Virus record (IMG/VR): IMGVR_UViG_3300002220_000062
Span: 1-64,000 of that record
Length of the DNA stretch: 64,000 nt
Reading direction: 5' to 3' (one strand)
Origin: a virus
Taxonomy: Duplodnaviria; Caudoviricetes
This document shows, piece after piece, positions 19,549 to 29,300 of the stretch. Every line of letters begins with the position of its first letter. Position 1 is the stretch's first letter. The notes beneath the pieces are model-generated. The model saw only the letters and a list, made by a program, of their open reading frames with translations. It had not been told where the DNA came from and searched no databases. The translations under genes were made by a program, and so were the position numbers.

Positions 19549-20372
19549 TAATAAAGAAATGAAAATACAAATAGTTAGGTCAACACCTCGTAGAATATTA
19601 CTTGAAAGTTATACAACTAAATCTGGACAAGTTAAAAATAGATATTTTGTTAATTCTGAGTCAAAACCAGTGAAAACTATTAAACATCTAAAATAATTAT
19701 ATATTATAATAACATATATTATAATTAATAATTTAAAACCATTTAACTATGTCACAAATAGCAGTACAAACAGGAATACATATTCCTTCAGGTAGAACAG
19801 TAAATGTGTACCAACATAGAGAAAGAAAGTCTTATGTTGACACAAAAGATTATAGAACAGAGTATCCAGTAGCTGAAGTGCAACTGAGATAATTCTATTT
19901 AGCATCTCTGACGCATTTTAAAGTATCCTTGCTTAACTTTTATATCATTTTGGTATAAGAGTATATTTGGTACTATAATAATGCGTTAGAGAGCTTTATT
20001 TTAATTTATAAAAGGTAAGTAGTGAAGCTACAAGTGTGATGAAAATCCGTACAATGGAATCAGACAAAGGTTAATCTCCATTGTGTAGTAACCTTGAAAG
20101 ACCCGAAGCTTGCCTTTTTATTTTAGTAACAAAGAAAAGAACCAAAAGAAATATAATATATAATTTTTAATATATAGCTATTTCATAAAAATCAATAACA
20201 ATGAAGTTTTCAATAGGAGAGTATAAAAAAATTGTATCTCATTGTTATACCAATGACGATATTGATAGAGCTAAAGAACTATTTAAAGATGATTATGATT
20301 TGTATTCTGAGTTTGAAAGACAAGTTATAAGGGATATGATAAATATCAGAATAACTTTAATACAACAAAATC

Positions 20373-20615
20373 ATGGGTAATACTTTACCAATAGTAATAG
20401 TTCTAATAATTATTTACATATTTGCTATATTAGATAATTATACACCTACTAAAAAAATAGAAGAGTTCAAGCATTTAACTGGTAATTTTAGGCATAAAAA
20501 GACACCAAAAGGTGTAATAACTGAGGTTGAAGTTAGAAATAGTAATGAATTATTTTATAGAAAAGGCACAAAAGAAGAGTTAAAGTTTTTAAATATAAAT
20601 AAATATATTGAGTAA
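20373..20615 (+). CDS. Membrane-anchored hypothetical protein
   Basis: N-terminal TM segment. Confidence 0.45.
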   Translation: MGNTLPIVIVLIIIYIFAILDNYTPTKKIEEFKHLTGNFRHKKTPKGVITEVEVRNSNELFYRKGTKEELKFLNINKYIE

Positions 20616-20917
20616 TGAATGGATTTATAAATAAAATACTGTTTAAGATAGCATCTTTAAACATATTCAGAAGAAGATATTTTATATATCAAGACACACG
20701 TACAGATTTATTTTATATTAAGACTAGAAAACTATTCTTTTTACCAAAATATATTCTTATAGATGGTATTGGATATGTAACTTCATACTATTTAAAGCGT
20801 AAAGCAATTAAGTATTGTAGTCATGAGTCGAAAGATTCAGCAATTCGTACAATATCCCAATACAAAAGATATTATACTAAACAACCAAAACTAAGATATA
20901 TAAGAATATGGGAATAA
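20615..20917 (+). CDS. Hypothetical protein
   Basis: 100 aa basic ORF, TAATG coupled. Confidence 0.45.
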   Translation: MNGFINKILFKIASLNIFRRRYFIYQDTRTDLFYIKTRKLFFLPKYILIDGIGYVTSYYLKRKAIKYCSHESKDSAIRTISQYKRYYTKQPKLRYIRIWE

Positions 20918-21054
20918 TGAATTATAAAGTCGTAGATTCTTTTTTAGATGAGAAATGTGAAGACCAAATTTTGTTACCAATAGATTTTATTGATACACCA
21001 AATTGTACACCAGTATTTATTAACGCTAACACCACTCTACATGTTTTATTGTAG

Positions 21055-22002
21055 ATGATAAATTATAACCTTATGAGAAAATTTAAACTAATAAAAGAGT
21101 ATATTGGAAGCCCAAGATTGGGAACAATTGCTAGATATACTGGTGATTTATTTGATAAAGATAATGATTTATTACCATCAGTTGTTAAAGATAAACACTT
21201 CTTTGAATTTTGGGAAGAAATTATTAAAGAAGAAATTATTGAATACCCAATTGGAACTAAAGTTTTAAATAGTCATACTAATACTATTTATACTAAAAAG
21301 CAAGATGGTTGGTATAAACCATCAGATAAAACAGCTTATACTGATGAACAACTCAGAAAAAGTAAATGTATAAGTGTTATTGAAGAAAAAGTAGTTGAAA
21401 AAGACTATGAAATTTTACAATTATCTTTAAAACGTAGTATTAAACCTAATATTATAGATATTAATAATAGAAGTAAAGAATATATTTTAGCTTTACTAAA
21501 TTGTGATGGAAATAGTATTCATTCTATCAAAAGATTATCAGACGGTGAAATATTTACTATTGGTGATATCACTAATATAGGTACAATATTATCTATTCGT
21601 ACAGAAGGTCAAGGATTAGTTTTTAATGGGAGTTATAAATATGGATTAAATGATTTAAAACATGTTAAACAACCATTATTCACAACAGAAGATGGGGTTG
21701 ATATATTTGAAAATAAAGATGGTGAAATTATTTGGTGGTCTTTACAATTAGATAATTGGAAAATTAGTAATGCTCCTCATATTTGTAAAAATTTAATACC
21801 TACAAAAACAGAAGATTTATTAAAACATTGTAGAGAATTAAGATTTTCAACAAAAGAAGCTGCTGAAGAATATATTTTAATGAATAAACCTTGTTTATCT
21901 TTAAAAGAAACTATTTTAGCTATTCAAAGAAGGTCTGTAGATTATAAAGAAAAAACTATTATAATAGACAAATTAAAAGCATTAGTAAAATCTAAATTAT
22001 AA
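21055..22002 (+). CDS. Modular hypothetical phage protein
   Basis: 315 aa with short modules (KDYEIL, SIKRLSDGEIFTIGD, LFTTEDGVDIF, FSTKEAAEEYI). Confidence 0.6.
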   Translation: MINYNLMRKFKLIKEYIGSPRLGTIARYTGDLFDKDNDLLPSVVKDKHFFEFWEEIIKEEIIEYPIGTKVLNSHTNTIYTKKQDGWYKPSDKTAYTDEQLRKSKCISVIEEKVVEKDYEILQLSLKRSIKPNIIDINNRSKEYILALLNCDGNSIHSIKRLSDGEIFTIGDITNIGTILSIRTEGQGLVFNGSYKYGLNDLKHVKQPLFTTEDGVDIFENKDGEIIWWSLQLDNWKISNAPHICKNLIPTKTEDLLKHCRELRFSTKEAAEEYILMNKPCLSLKETILAIQRRSVDYKEKTIIIDKLKALVKSKL

Positions 22003-22004
22003 AT

Positions 22005-22244
22005 ATGCAGTATAAATCAAATCATCAGCCACTTGCGAGAATAAGAGTATCTCTTGAGGCTAAAATAGCTTTAATGCTACAAGAACCTGATAAATCTACA
22101 GATGTTACATTTGTTAGAGAGGATGGAAGTAAAGTAATACAGACATTAAGTGATGTATTCTTACAAGGAAAGAATCCAAGTATTATTGTAGCAGACTTAA
22201 AAGCTATCCAGCATGATTTAAATGCTAAATATTTTACAGTATGA
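22005..22244 (+). CDS. Hypothetical protein
   Basis: 79 aa, ATGA overlap with the next gene. Confidence 0.5.
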   Translation: MQYKSNHQPLARIRVSLEAKIALMLQEPDKSTDVTFVREDGSKVIQTLSDVFLQGKNPSIIVADLKAIQHDLNAKYFTV

Positions 22245-22657
22245 GTATGTTTATTCCAATAAAAAAGAAAGAAGAAGTGAAAAAACCAATTGTTAAAGGC
22301 TATAATATTTCTGTAGCTATAGAAAATGGTGGTTATTGTTTTCGAGTAGAAGACGAATATATAGCTGTAAATTGCTTTAGTAGTTCTTTTGCAAATTGTC
22401 AATTAATGACAATATCACCAATAGCTAACATTAAAAATGTAAAAGATACTAATATTATTAAATCATTGTTAAAAAAAATATATAATACTATCGGTAAAAG
22501 AATGATAGCTATTGATATTAACAAAAGTTATGAAGAAATAGTATTAAATCAATTAGCTCCATATTCTCTTGATGTTAAAAGAATGGATTATACAAGTTCT
22601 AATGGTAGCGAAATGGTAATGTGTGTTTTTAGATTAAATACTGAAACAATAAATTAA
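22241..22657 (+). CDS. Hypothetical protein, paralogue of 50372..50782
   Basis: Shared NCQL...DI..SY...Y.SSNGS.M motifs. Confidence 0.6.
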   Translation: MSMFIPIKKKEEVKKPIVKGYNISVAIENGGYCFRVEDEYIAVNCFSSSFANCQLMTISPIANIKNVKDTNIIKSLLKKIYNTIGKRMIAIDINKSYEEIVLNQLAPYSLDVKRMDYTSSNGSEMVMCVFRLNTETIN

Positions 22658-22699
22658 AAATTAAAAATTAATAACTATAAATAATAATAATTAGAAATC

Positions 22700-23185
22700 A
22701 TGGCAAAAGCAAAAAAAAGTACAGGAGTAGCATTAGTAGAAGGAACTCAAAGTTTAGCAACATTAGGTCAGGCCGATATTCCTGGAATGTTGAAAATAGT
22801 TCTTGCGAAAATTAAAGAATTAAAAGGCAATATGCCTGAAACTTCTAAAACAACAGGAATTCTTCCAGGGTTTGACAAAAAAGTTAAAGAAATTGATACT
22901 GTTGAAGAGTTAATTAAAGCTCATTCAAGTATTATAGGAAGAGCTAAAGCTTATAATGAATCTGCAGAAATGTTAGAAGTTAACATTGAAAAATTTCCTT
23001 TTAAATTAGAAGGAAGTACTGCTGAAGAGTGGATTAATGATATTAAATCTACTATTAACATTGTAAAAAACAAAGTAGCTTTAGACAAATTTGAACAAGT
23101 AAGAATTAAATTGGAATCTAATCTTTCTGCTAAGATGAAATTAGCTAAAGATTTAGAAGATTGTCAAAATATTCTAATTGATTAA
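22700..23185 (+). CDS. Hypothetical helical protein
   Basis: 161 aa ORF. Confidence 0.6.
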   Translation: MAKAKKSTGVALVEGTQSLATLGQADIPGMLKIVLAKIKELKGNMPETSKTTGILPGFDKKVKEIDTVEELIKAHSSIIGRAKAYNESAEMLEVNIEKFPFKLEGSTAEEWINDIKSTINIVKNKVALDKFEQVRIKLESNLSAKMKLAKDLEDCQNILID

Positions 23186-23188
23186 ATT

Positions 23189-23458
23189 ATGCTTACTACT
23201 GGTACTAAGGTAGTACAACAAGAATTTAAAAAGGGGAATAAAGTATATCCCCTTTTTTTAACATCTAATGGATATAGACTAAATGACTTAATAGAAGCAA
23301 TTGTAGAAAAAACAAGTAATTTCACTGGATGTATTGTAATTAAATGTACAAAAGGTTATATATTTGATTTTGCTAGCAAAAGTGATACTTTCACAGTATA
23401 TGCAAGACATTTTAGTCATAAAAAGTATAATAAAACAGATTTATATGAAATATACTAG
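23189..23458 (+). CDS. Small protein ending in YEIY (array member 1)
   Basis: C-terminus DLYEIY*. Confidence 0.55.
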   Translation: MLTTGTKVVQQEFKKGNKVYPLFLTSNGYRLNDLIEAIVEKTSNFTGCIVIKCTKGYIFDFASKSDTFTVYARHFSHKKYNKTDLYEIY

Positions 23459-23663
23459 AGAAAATTTATTTGTTGGACTTATATTTCAGGCTTATGGAGA
23501 ACTTTATAGAATAGAAGAACTAAATGAGTATAAAGCAGTAATACTAGCATTTAAAAATAATCATAGATTCACACATTCTTATAATAATTTACTACAATCT
23601 TTAAATTTTGGTAGAAGTTATATTATTATGAATACTAAAAAAGATTTATATGAAATATACTAA
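23445..23663 (+). CDS. Small protein ending in YEIY (array member 2)
   Basis: Starts MKYTREN within the previous gene's YEIY codons; ends DLYEIY*. Confidence 0.55.
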   Translation: MKYTRENLFVGLIFQAYGELYRIEELNEYKAVILAFKNNHRFTHSYNNLLQSLNFGRSYIIMNTKKDLYEIY

Positions 23664-23886
23664 AGAACAATTACCAGGTATTATACTTGTTGAAAATGGG
23701 TCTGGAACAAAAATAAAACTAGAAGTTACGAAAGATTGTAATTATTACAAAGCTTCATCTACTAGTTGGGGGAAAAGTTATGAGTATTCAGCAGAAACAA
23801 TAGTGCAGAATCTCAATAAAAAACATTGGAATCTAATTTCAATATTGTACGCTACAAGTAAAGAAAAAACTTATGAAATATACTAA
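23650..23886 (+). CDS. Small protein ending in YEIY (array member 3)
   Basis: MKYTKEQ...KTYEIY*. Confidence 0.55.
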   Translation: MKYTKEQLPGIILVENGSGTKIKLEVTKDCNYYKASSTSWGKSYEYSAETIVQNLNKKHWNLISILYATSKEKTYEIY

Positions 23887-23892
23887 ATAAAT

Positions 23893-24180
23893 ATGAACAA
23901 ATTAAAATTTAAAATTGGAGATTTTATAAGACCAATAGAGGGTAAATCATCTTCTAACTATAACGATTTATCAAATCTAAAGCTTTTACAAGTGATTAAA
24001 CCTTTACAGGTGTCATCTGCTAAATCAGGTGTAGAATGTAAAGTTATTGATGGTGTTGTATCATTAATGGGTCCACAGTATTATTCTGCTTTAGGAAAGA
24101 ATCGTTCTGGTAAAACTATTAGAGTATACGTAGATGCCTTTGAATTAGTTCCTAATATAGATAATTATGAAATATTTTAA
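23893..24180 (+). CDS. Small protein ending in YEIF (array member 4)
   Basis: KFKIGDFI beta-rich start; ends DNYEIF*. Confidence 0.55.
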   Translation: MNKLKFKIGDFIRPIEGKSSSNYNDLSNLKLLQVIKPLQVSSAKSGVECKVIDGVVSLMGPQYYSALGKNRSGKTIRVYVDAFELVPNIDNYEIF

Positions 24181-24424
24181 AGATGTACCATTAGCTGTAC
24201 CAGTAATTGTAACTTTTGATAATAATAATAGAATTCAAGGTGAAATTACAACAAATGAAAAGAAACTTTATTTTCATAGTAATTCTAGAGCTGGATGTGG
24301 TCCTAAATATAAAGGGTTTAAATGTTCTTGGACTTTTGATGTTTTATCAAAGGAAAGATATACAGATAATGTAAAAAAAATTGAGTTAGTAACACCATTA
24401 ACACCAGTGTATGAAATATATTAA
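24167..24424 (+). CDS. Small protein ending in YEIY (array member 5)
   Basis: MKYFKD...PVYEIY*; paralogue of member 6. Confidence 0.55.
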   Translation: MKYFKDVPLAVPVIVTFDNNNRIQGEITTNEKKLYFHSNSRAGCGPKYKGFKCSWTFDVLSKERYTDNVKKIELVTPLTPVYEIY

Positions 24425-24671
24425 TGGAATACCAATAGAAGTCTTAGTTTTAGTAAAACATAGACGGCATAAAGAAGAAATAGAAGGAATTATTTCACAT
24501 AATAATGATATACACTTTCTCTTTCATAATAATAAAATTGATGGAGGACATCCAAAAAAATTTGGATATTCAAAATCCTGGGTTTTTGCCAAAACACGAG
24601 GTGGATTTACAGAAAATATTTTAAGTGTTAGACTTGCTATACAAAAAGAAGAATATTATGAAATATTTTAG
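24411..24671 (+). CDS. Small protein ending in YEIF (array member 6)
   Basis: MKYING...EYYEIF*; shares G.I...FH.N...G(F/Y)..SW.F with member 5. Confidence 0.55.
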   Translation: MKYINGIPIEVLVLVKHRRHKEEIEGIISHNNDIHFLFHNNKIDGGHPKKFGYSKSWVFAKTRGGFTENILSVRLAIQKEEYYEIF

Positions 24672-24731
24672 TTAAATGACTCTAAGAGGTTATTATAGAT
24701 AAGGCACATCTATATTTAATGAAGAGAGAAG

Positions 24732-26657
24732 ATGCAGGAGAATTTAAACGTATATTTTATAGGTAATATAAACTATACAGAATTTAAGTCCTCCACTATT
24801 GAAGAGTGTTATGAATATTTAAAAGAGAAACCTGTCATTTCTCTTGATATTGAGACCACTCACAAGTTTGGAGGAAGGTTCAGAGGAGAAGGATTAAGTC
24901 CTTATTTATCTGAGATAGTTATGTTTCAAATTGGAGATTTAGACCGCCAATATGTTATTGACTATAGAGTAACAGATGTTAAGATGCTTTTGCCATTATT
25001 AATATCACCTGATATTACAATTGTTGGACAAAATATTAAGTTTGAATACTTACATATTTTACACAATGAAGGAGTCAGAATTAATAAGGTCTATGATACT
25101 ATGGTTGTGGAACAAATATTATTCAATGGATTAAATCCCGAAGCTTCGCTTAAAGCATTGAATGAAAAATATTTGAACATATTCGTAGAAAAAAGTATAA
25201 GATTAGAATTTTCAACAATTGGTAATAAACCATTTACTGTTAATCAGATTTTATACGGTGCTGAAGATATACTATACCCTCTACAAATTAGAGAGTTCCA
25301 ATTACAAGACGCTATAAAGAAAGATGTCACTAATTGTGTTTCACTTGAAATGTTATTTGTAGAAGTACTTGGGGATATAGAATACAAAGGTATGAATTTC
25401 GATACAAAAATATGGGAAGACAACTACATAAAAAATTTAGCTAATTACAAATCGATATTACTAGAGCTCGATGAATATGTATTGACATATTATAGAGATT
25501 CTGAATTTATTAATAAACAGTACGACCTCTTCACAAGTGAAGAAAGGACGACAATCAGTTGGACTAGCTCACAGCAAGTCATTAAATTTTTTAAGTATTT
25601 GGGTATATGCCCACAAGCAGTTTCTAAAACTACAGGAAATTTATCTTATACAGTTAATGCGAAAGTATTATCTGCTTCTTTATTTACAATGAATAAGGAT
25701 ATTCCTAAACAGGAAAAGGATTTAATTCTTAAGTATTTGAAATTCAAACAACAAGAACAATCTTGTACTATCTTTGGTACAGATTTCTTTAAGTATATTA
25801 ACCCTGTAACTAAAAGACTACATAGTAACTTTAGACAAATTCTAAATACAGGAAGAATAAGCAGTACAAATCCTAATTTACAAAATATACCAGCTAGCAA
25901 TGAGTTTAGAGCTGCTTTTACAGCACCTATTGGTTATAAGATTGTTAATGCGGATTATAGTGGTCAAGAGACTGTTATTTTAGCTAATGTATCTAAAGAA
26001 TCTAATATTGTAAAACTTATACTTGAGGGTGGTGACATGCACTGTTTTGTAGTTAAAGCATTACATCCAGAGTTAAGTGATTTATCTGATGATGATATTA
26101 AAAAACATCATAAAGATAAAAGACAAGTAGCTAAGGCTGCAGGATTTGCAATTCAATTCGGTGGTAATGGTCATACAATATCAAAGAATTTAGGTATACC
26201 TGATGAACAGGGAGAAGAAGTATATAATGCTTATTTTAAAGCATTCCCACAACTAAAGAATTACTTTAATAAAGTACAACGGGAATCAAAACAGCAAGGT
26301 TATATATTAATAGACCCAATTACAGGTAGAAAAAATTGGTTTAGAAAACCTAAAAATAATAAAGAACAAGGTGTTATTGATAGAGCAGCATTAAACTTTC
26401 CAATACAAGGAAGAGCTGGAAGTATCACAAAGTTCGCAGGTATTCTTTTTAGGAGATGGGTATTAGAAAACAACCTACAAGATGTAGTTAGTATTACTAA
26501 TCTCGTGCACGATGAAATTAATGTAGAGGCTCGTGACGATTATGCTGAATTAACAGCACGACATTTAGAAGAATCAATGGTAGAAGCTGGATTAAAATGG
26601 TGTGTAGACGTACCATTAAAAGCAGATGCTGTAATAACTGACCATTGGAGTCATTAA
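24732..26657 (+). CDS. polA: DNA polymerase, family A, with 3'-5' exonuclease domain
   Basis: LDIET exonuclease motif, TGRISSTNPNLQNIP, ADYSGQE (motif A), RQVAKAAGFAIQFG (motif B), VHDEI (motif C). Confidence 0.95.
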   Translation: MQENLNVYFIGNINYTEFKSSTIEECYEYLKEKPVISLDIETTHKFGGRFRGEGLSPYLSEIVMFQIGDLDRQYVIDYRVTDVKMLLPLLISPDITIVGQNIKFEYLHILHNEGVRINKVYDTMVVEQILFNGLNPEASLKALNEKYLNIFVEKSIRLEFSTIGNKPFTVNQILYGAEDILYPLQIREFQLQDAIKKDVTNCVSLEMLFVEVLGDIEYKGMNFDTKIWEDNYIKNLANYKSILLELDEYVLTYYRDSEFINKQYDLFTSEERTTISWTSSQQVIKFFKYLGICPQAVSKTTGNLSYTVNAKVLSASLFTMNKDIPKQEKDLILKYLKFKQQEQSCTIFGTDFFKYINPVTKRLHSNFRQILNTGRISSTNPNLQNIPASNEFRAAFTAPIGYKIVNADYSGQETVILANVSKESNIVKLILEGGDMHCFVVKALHPELSDLSDDDIKKHHKDKRQVAKAAGFAIQFGGNGHTISKNLGIPDEQGEEVYNAYFKAFPQLKNYFNKVQRESKQQGYILIDPITGRKNWFRKPKNNKEQGVIDRAALNFPIQGRAGSITKFAGILFRRWVLENNLQDVVSITNLVHDEINVEARDDYAELTARHLEESMVEAGLKWCVDVPLKADAVITDHWSH

Positions 26658-26668
26658 AAATTTAGAAT

Positions 26669-27349
26669 ATGAAATTATGGCACATAAGTGACACACATGG
26701 ATATCACGAACTATTAGCTATACCTGAAGATATTGATATAATAATTCATTCAGGTGATTTTAGTAATAGATTTGATGTTTATAAAAATGAACAAGAAGCT
26801 TTAAATTTTTTACATTGGTATGGAAATCTTAAAATTAAACACAAAGTTTTAATTGCAGGAAATCATGATGCTTATGCATTTGTATTACATAAAAAGTTTA
26901 AAGAATGGTGTAAACATTATAATATTTAATATTTAGAAAATACATATATTACTATTGAAGGGATAAAAATATTTGGTAGCCCAAATACACCTACTTTTGG
27001 TAATTGGTATTTTATGAAAACTAGAGATAAAATGGATAAACATTGGTCTAAAGTAACAGAAGAGATAGATGTATTTGTAGTACATGGTCCTCCAAAAGGT
27101 ATCTTAGATTTAAGTTATTCTAAAGACCATAGATTAGAGTTTTGTGGATGTAAAAGTTTACGAAATCATATTTTAAATAGAATAAAACCTAAATTATGTT
27201 TATTTGGACATATTCATAATAATGAAGATATTATTAATGCAGGAACTATGAAATTAACAGAATATAATACTATTTTTAGTAATGGGTCTGTAGTAACAGA
27301 TAGGAAATTTGGACAATTAAGTAGTAATGGTAATATATTTGATATCTAA
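26669..27349 (+). pseudogene. Calcineurin-like metallophosphoesterase split by one in-frame TAA (26927-26929)
   Basis: SDTHG, HSGD and IAGNHD in the first half; VHGPP and FGHIH in the second. The frame is continuous across HYNI*YLENTYITIEGIKIFGSP. Confidence 0.8.
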
Positions 27350-27363
27350 TTTAATTTATAATA

Positions 27364-27522
27364 ATGAGCAAATTAGTAGAATGTCCTAATTGTTTAGGGA
27401 CAGGAGAAGAAGTAATTAAACAAAAGTATGCTAGACCTTGTAGATTCTGTAAAGGTGTAGGTATGTTAGATGAAGAGATAGCAGAATCATTAATAGATGA
27501 AAAATTCTATGAAGACCTTTAA
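27364..27522 (+). CDS. Small DnaJ-type zinc-finger protein (52 aa, not in track)
   Basis: CPNCLGTG...CRFCKGVG, two CxxCxGxG repeats. Confidence 0.65.
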   Translation: MSKLVECPNCLGTGEEVIKQKYARPCRFCKGVGMLDEEIAESLIDEKFYEDL

Positions 27523-27532
27523 ATTATAAGAA

Positions 27533-28141
27533 ATGAGTAAAAGCTTAGTGCTGAATTTTGAAGTACTAATGAATTTTAACATTTCTGTTGAGGAATTCTT
27601 ATTCTTATATAATATATCGGAAGATAAACCATTACATAAGGAGAATATAGACTTAGAAAAACTACAACAACAACAATTAATAAAAATAGTAACAGAAGAC
27701 GAAGAAATAAAATATTTTTTAAGAGAAAAATCTATACAATTAATAGAATTTCTGACAATAGAGATGGAAAATTCTTTAGAGTCAAGTGAAAAAAATATAA
27801 AAAAATCAAATCGTGTTATTAACCAGGAAATAGCTGGAAGAATAGAAGAATTTAGAAACAAATGGAAAGGATTAAAATCTGGTTCTATGGGTAGCCAAAA
27901 ATCTTGCCAAGTGAAATTACTAAGATGGATGAAAGAAAATCCAAGTTATTCATTTGATGACATTTTAAAAGCAGCTAATATCTATTTAGAAAGTTTGAAT
28001 GGTGACTACAGATTTTTACAGCGAGCTGATTATTTCATATTTAAACAGGAAAATAATCGTGAGGAATCTTCTAGATTATCTGCATTTGTAGATGAGATAG
28101 GATTAACCAATACCGATGATTGGACTACAAATTTAAATTAA
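27533..28141 (+). CDS. Replication-associated protein upstream of the helicase (initiator/loader-like, uncertain)
   Basis: 202 aa; position and FDDILKAANIY...LQRADYFIFK motif. Confidence 0.45.
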   Translation: MSKSLVLNFEVLMNFNISVEEFLFLYNISEDKPLHKENIDLEKLQQQQLIKIVTEDEEIKYFLREKSIQLIEFLTIEMENSLESSEKNIKKSNRVINQEIAGRIEEFRNKWKGLKSGSMGSQKSCQVKLLRWMKENPSYSFDDILKAANIYLESLNGDYRFLQRADYFIFKQENNREESSRLSAFVDEIGLTNTDDWTTNLN

Positions 28142-28167
28142 TAATATGAAAAACAACTTAAAGTAAA

Positions 28168-28323
28168 ATGAGTTTATATACAAGAGTCTATGATGATATT
28201 GTAGATAGAAGAAAAAGGTTACTCAATGGGCAAATAAATTGCATCCCTTGGGGATTACCTAGATTTGAAAATGAATTACCTGGTATTGAACGAGGTAAGT
28301 ATTATTTAATAACAGCAAATAGT
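28168..28323 (+). CDS. DnaB-like replicative helicase, exon 1
   Basis: MSLYTRVY...NCIPWGLPRFENELPGIERGKYYLITANS; stops at the start of the Walker A loop. Confidence 0.85.
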
Positions 28324-28625
28324 TTTTAGTTTATAATAATTTAATTTGTAAACAAACAGAAGCTACGCTAGATGGTGACATCTAGATGATTATCCTTTGA
28401 ATTGCTGGAAACTCTTAACAAGTAATGTTGAAGACAATCAGCAGCCAAGCTTAGAAATAAGAAGGTTCAACGACTAGTGCAATAGAGCACGTACACTATA
28501 AGTTAATGATAGTGGAAGCGGAGGACATCTCTATGAGATGAAGATATAGTCTAGTCTATATGGAAACATATAGCAGTTCATAAGAGAACGTATATAAGAG
28601 TTACGTCTTATATAGAATATAAACG
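28324..28625 (+). mobile_element. Group I intron 1 (ORF-less, IA2-like, 302 nt)
   Basis: 5' exon ends in U; P1 UAGU/GCUA; P AAUUGCUGGAAA; Q AAUCAGCAGCC; R GUUCAACGACUA; P7.1 and P7.2 hairpins; S AAGAUAUAGUC; P9 CUAUAUG-GAAA-CAUAUAG; terminal G at 28625. Confidence 0.92.
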
Positions 28626-28634
28626 AAAGTGGGT
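28626..28634 (+). CDS. DnaB-like helicase, 9-nt micro-exon 2 (Lys-Val-Gly)
   Basis: AAAGTGGGT lies between the terminal G of intron 1 and P1 of intron 2 (GGGU/GCCC); it restores Walker A ANSKVGKT. Confidence 0.82.
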
Positions 28635-28708
28635 AGAATTTGCCCCTCTGGTTAGTAATAATTAGAGCAAACTCAGAATCCTAGAAATAGGGGTTAATTA
28701 ATAATTAA

Positions 28709-29266
28709 ATGGAAATAATAAAAGCAGGTCAAAAACCAAAAATGGGAGATTTTGTATATGTTGTACAAGATTATACTAGTTTTACATATAAAGATGCTAA
28801 TGGTAATTGTAAACATTGTTATCTTGATAATATGTCTTCACTTTGTTACACCTTAAAAGATGCCGATGAAAAGAAACAAGCAGAAATACTTGAATTATTT
28901 AAAAGTATTTTTGATGTTAATTCAAAAGTTACCTTTGGTGTAAATCTAACAAGAATGGAGTATATTGAGACTCTTAAAAAACATTTTACTTTAATATCTT
29001 GTGTAGAAGTTCCAACAGGATATGGAACACGTCAGAAACAATATCATGCTATATTTTTTACAAATTCTATGGCTAGAGATTATGGTGGTACTTATAGAGG
29101 TAGATTAAATAAAGAAGGTGTAATTGTAAGCACTATGAAACATAGGAAAACTATAAATCCTGGTGATAAAATTGACACTGTAATTAATGAAAGTGATATT
29201 GAAAAGATAATGTCTTATAAGAGTAAATATCATCTACAAAAATTTCTTAGAACAAAAATTAATTAG
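28709..29266 (+). CDS. Intron-borne hypothetical protein A
   Basis: 185 aa, enclosed by helix GGUUAAUUA (28692) / UAAUUAGCU (29260); no nuclease motif seen. Confidence 0.6.
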   Translation: MEIIKAGQKPKMGDFVYVVQDYTSFTYKDANGNCKHCYLDNMSSLCYTLKDADEKKQAEILELFKSIFDVNSKVTFGVNLTRMEYIETLKKHFTLISCVEVPTGYGTRQKQYHAIFFTNSMARDYGGTYRGRLNKEGVIVSTMKHRKTINPGDKIDTVINESDIEKIMSYKSKYHLQKFLRTKIN

Positions 29267-29300
29267 CTAACGGGGAAACCCTTTATAAAAATAAGTAAAA

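Noticed and set aside
23189-24671. CRISPR array or DGR repeats
   Set aside because: The repeat is only about 10 nt, the spacers are whole ORFs, and no cas or reverse transcriptase gene is present.
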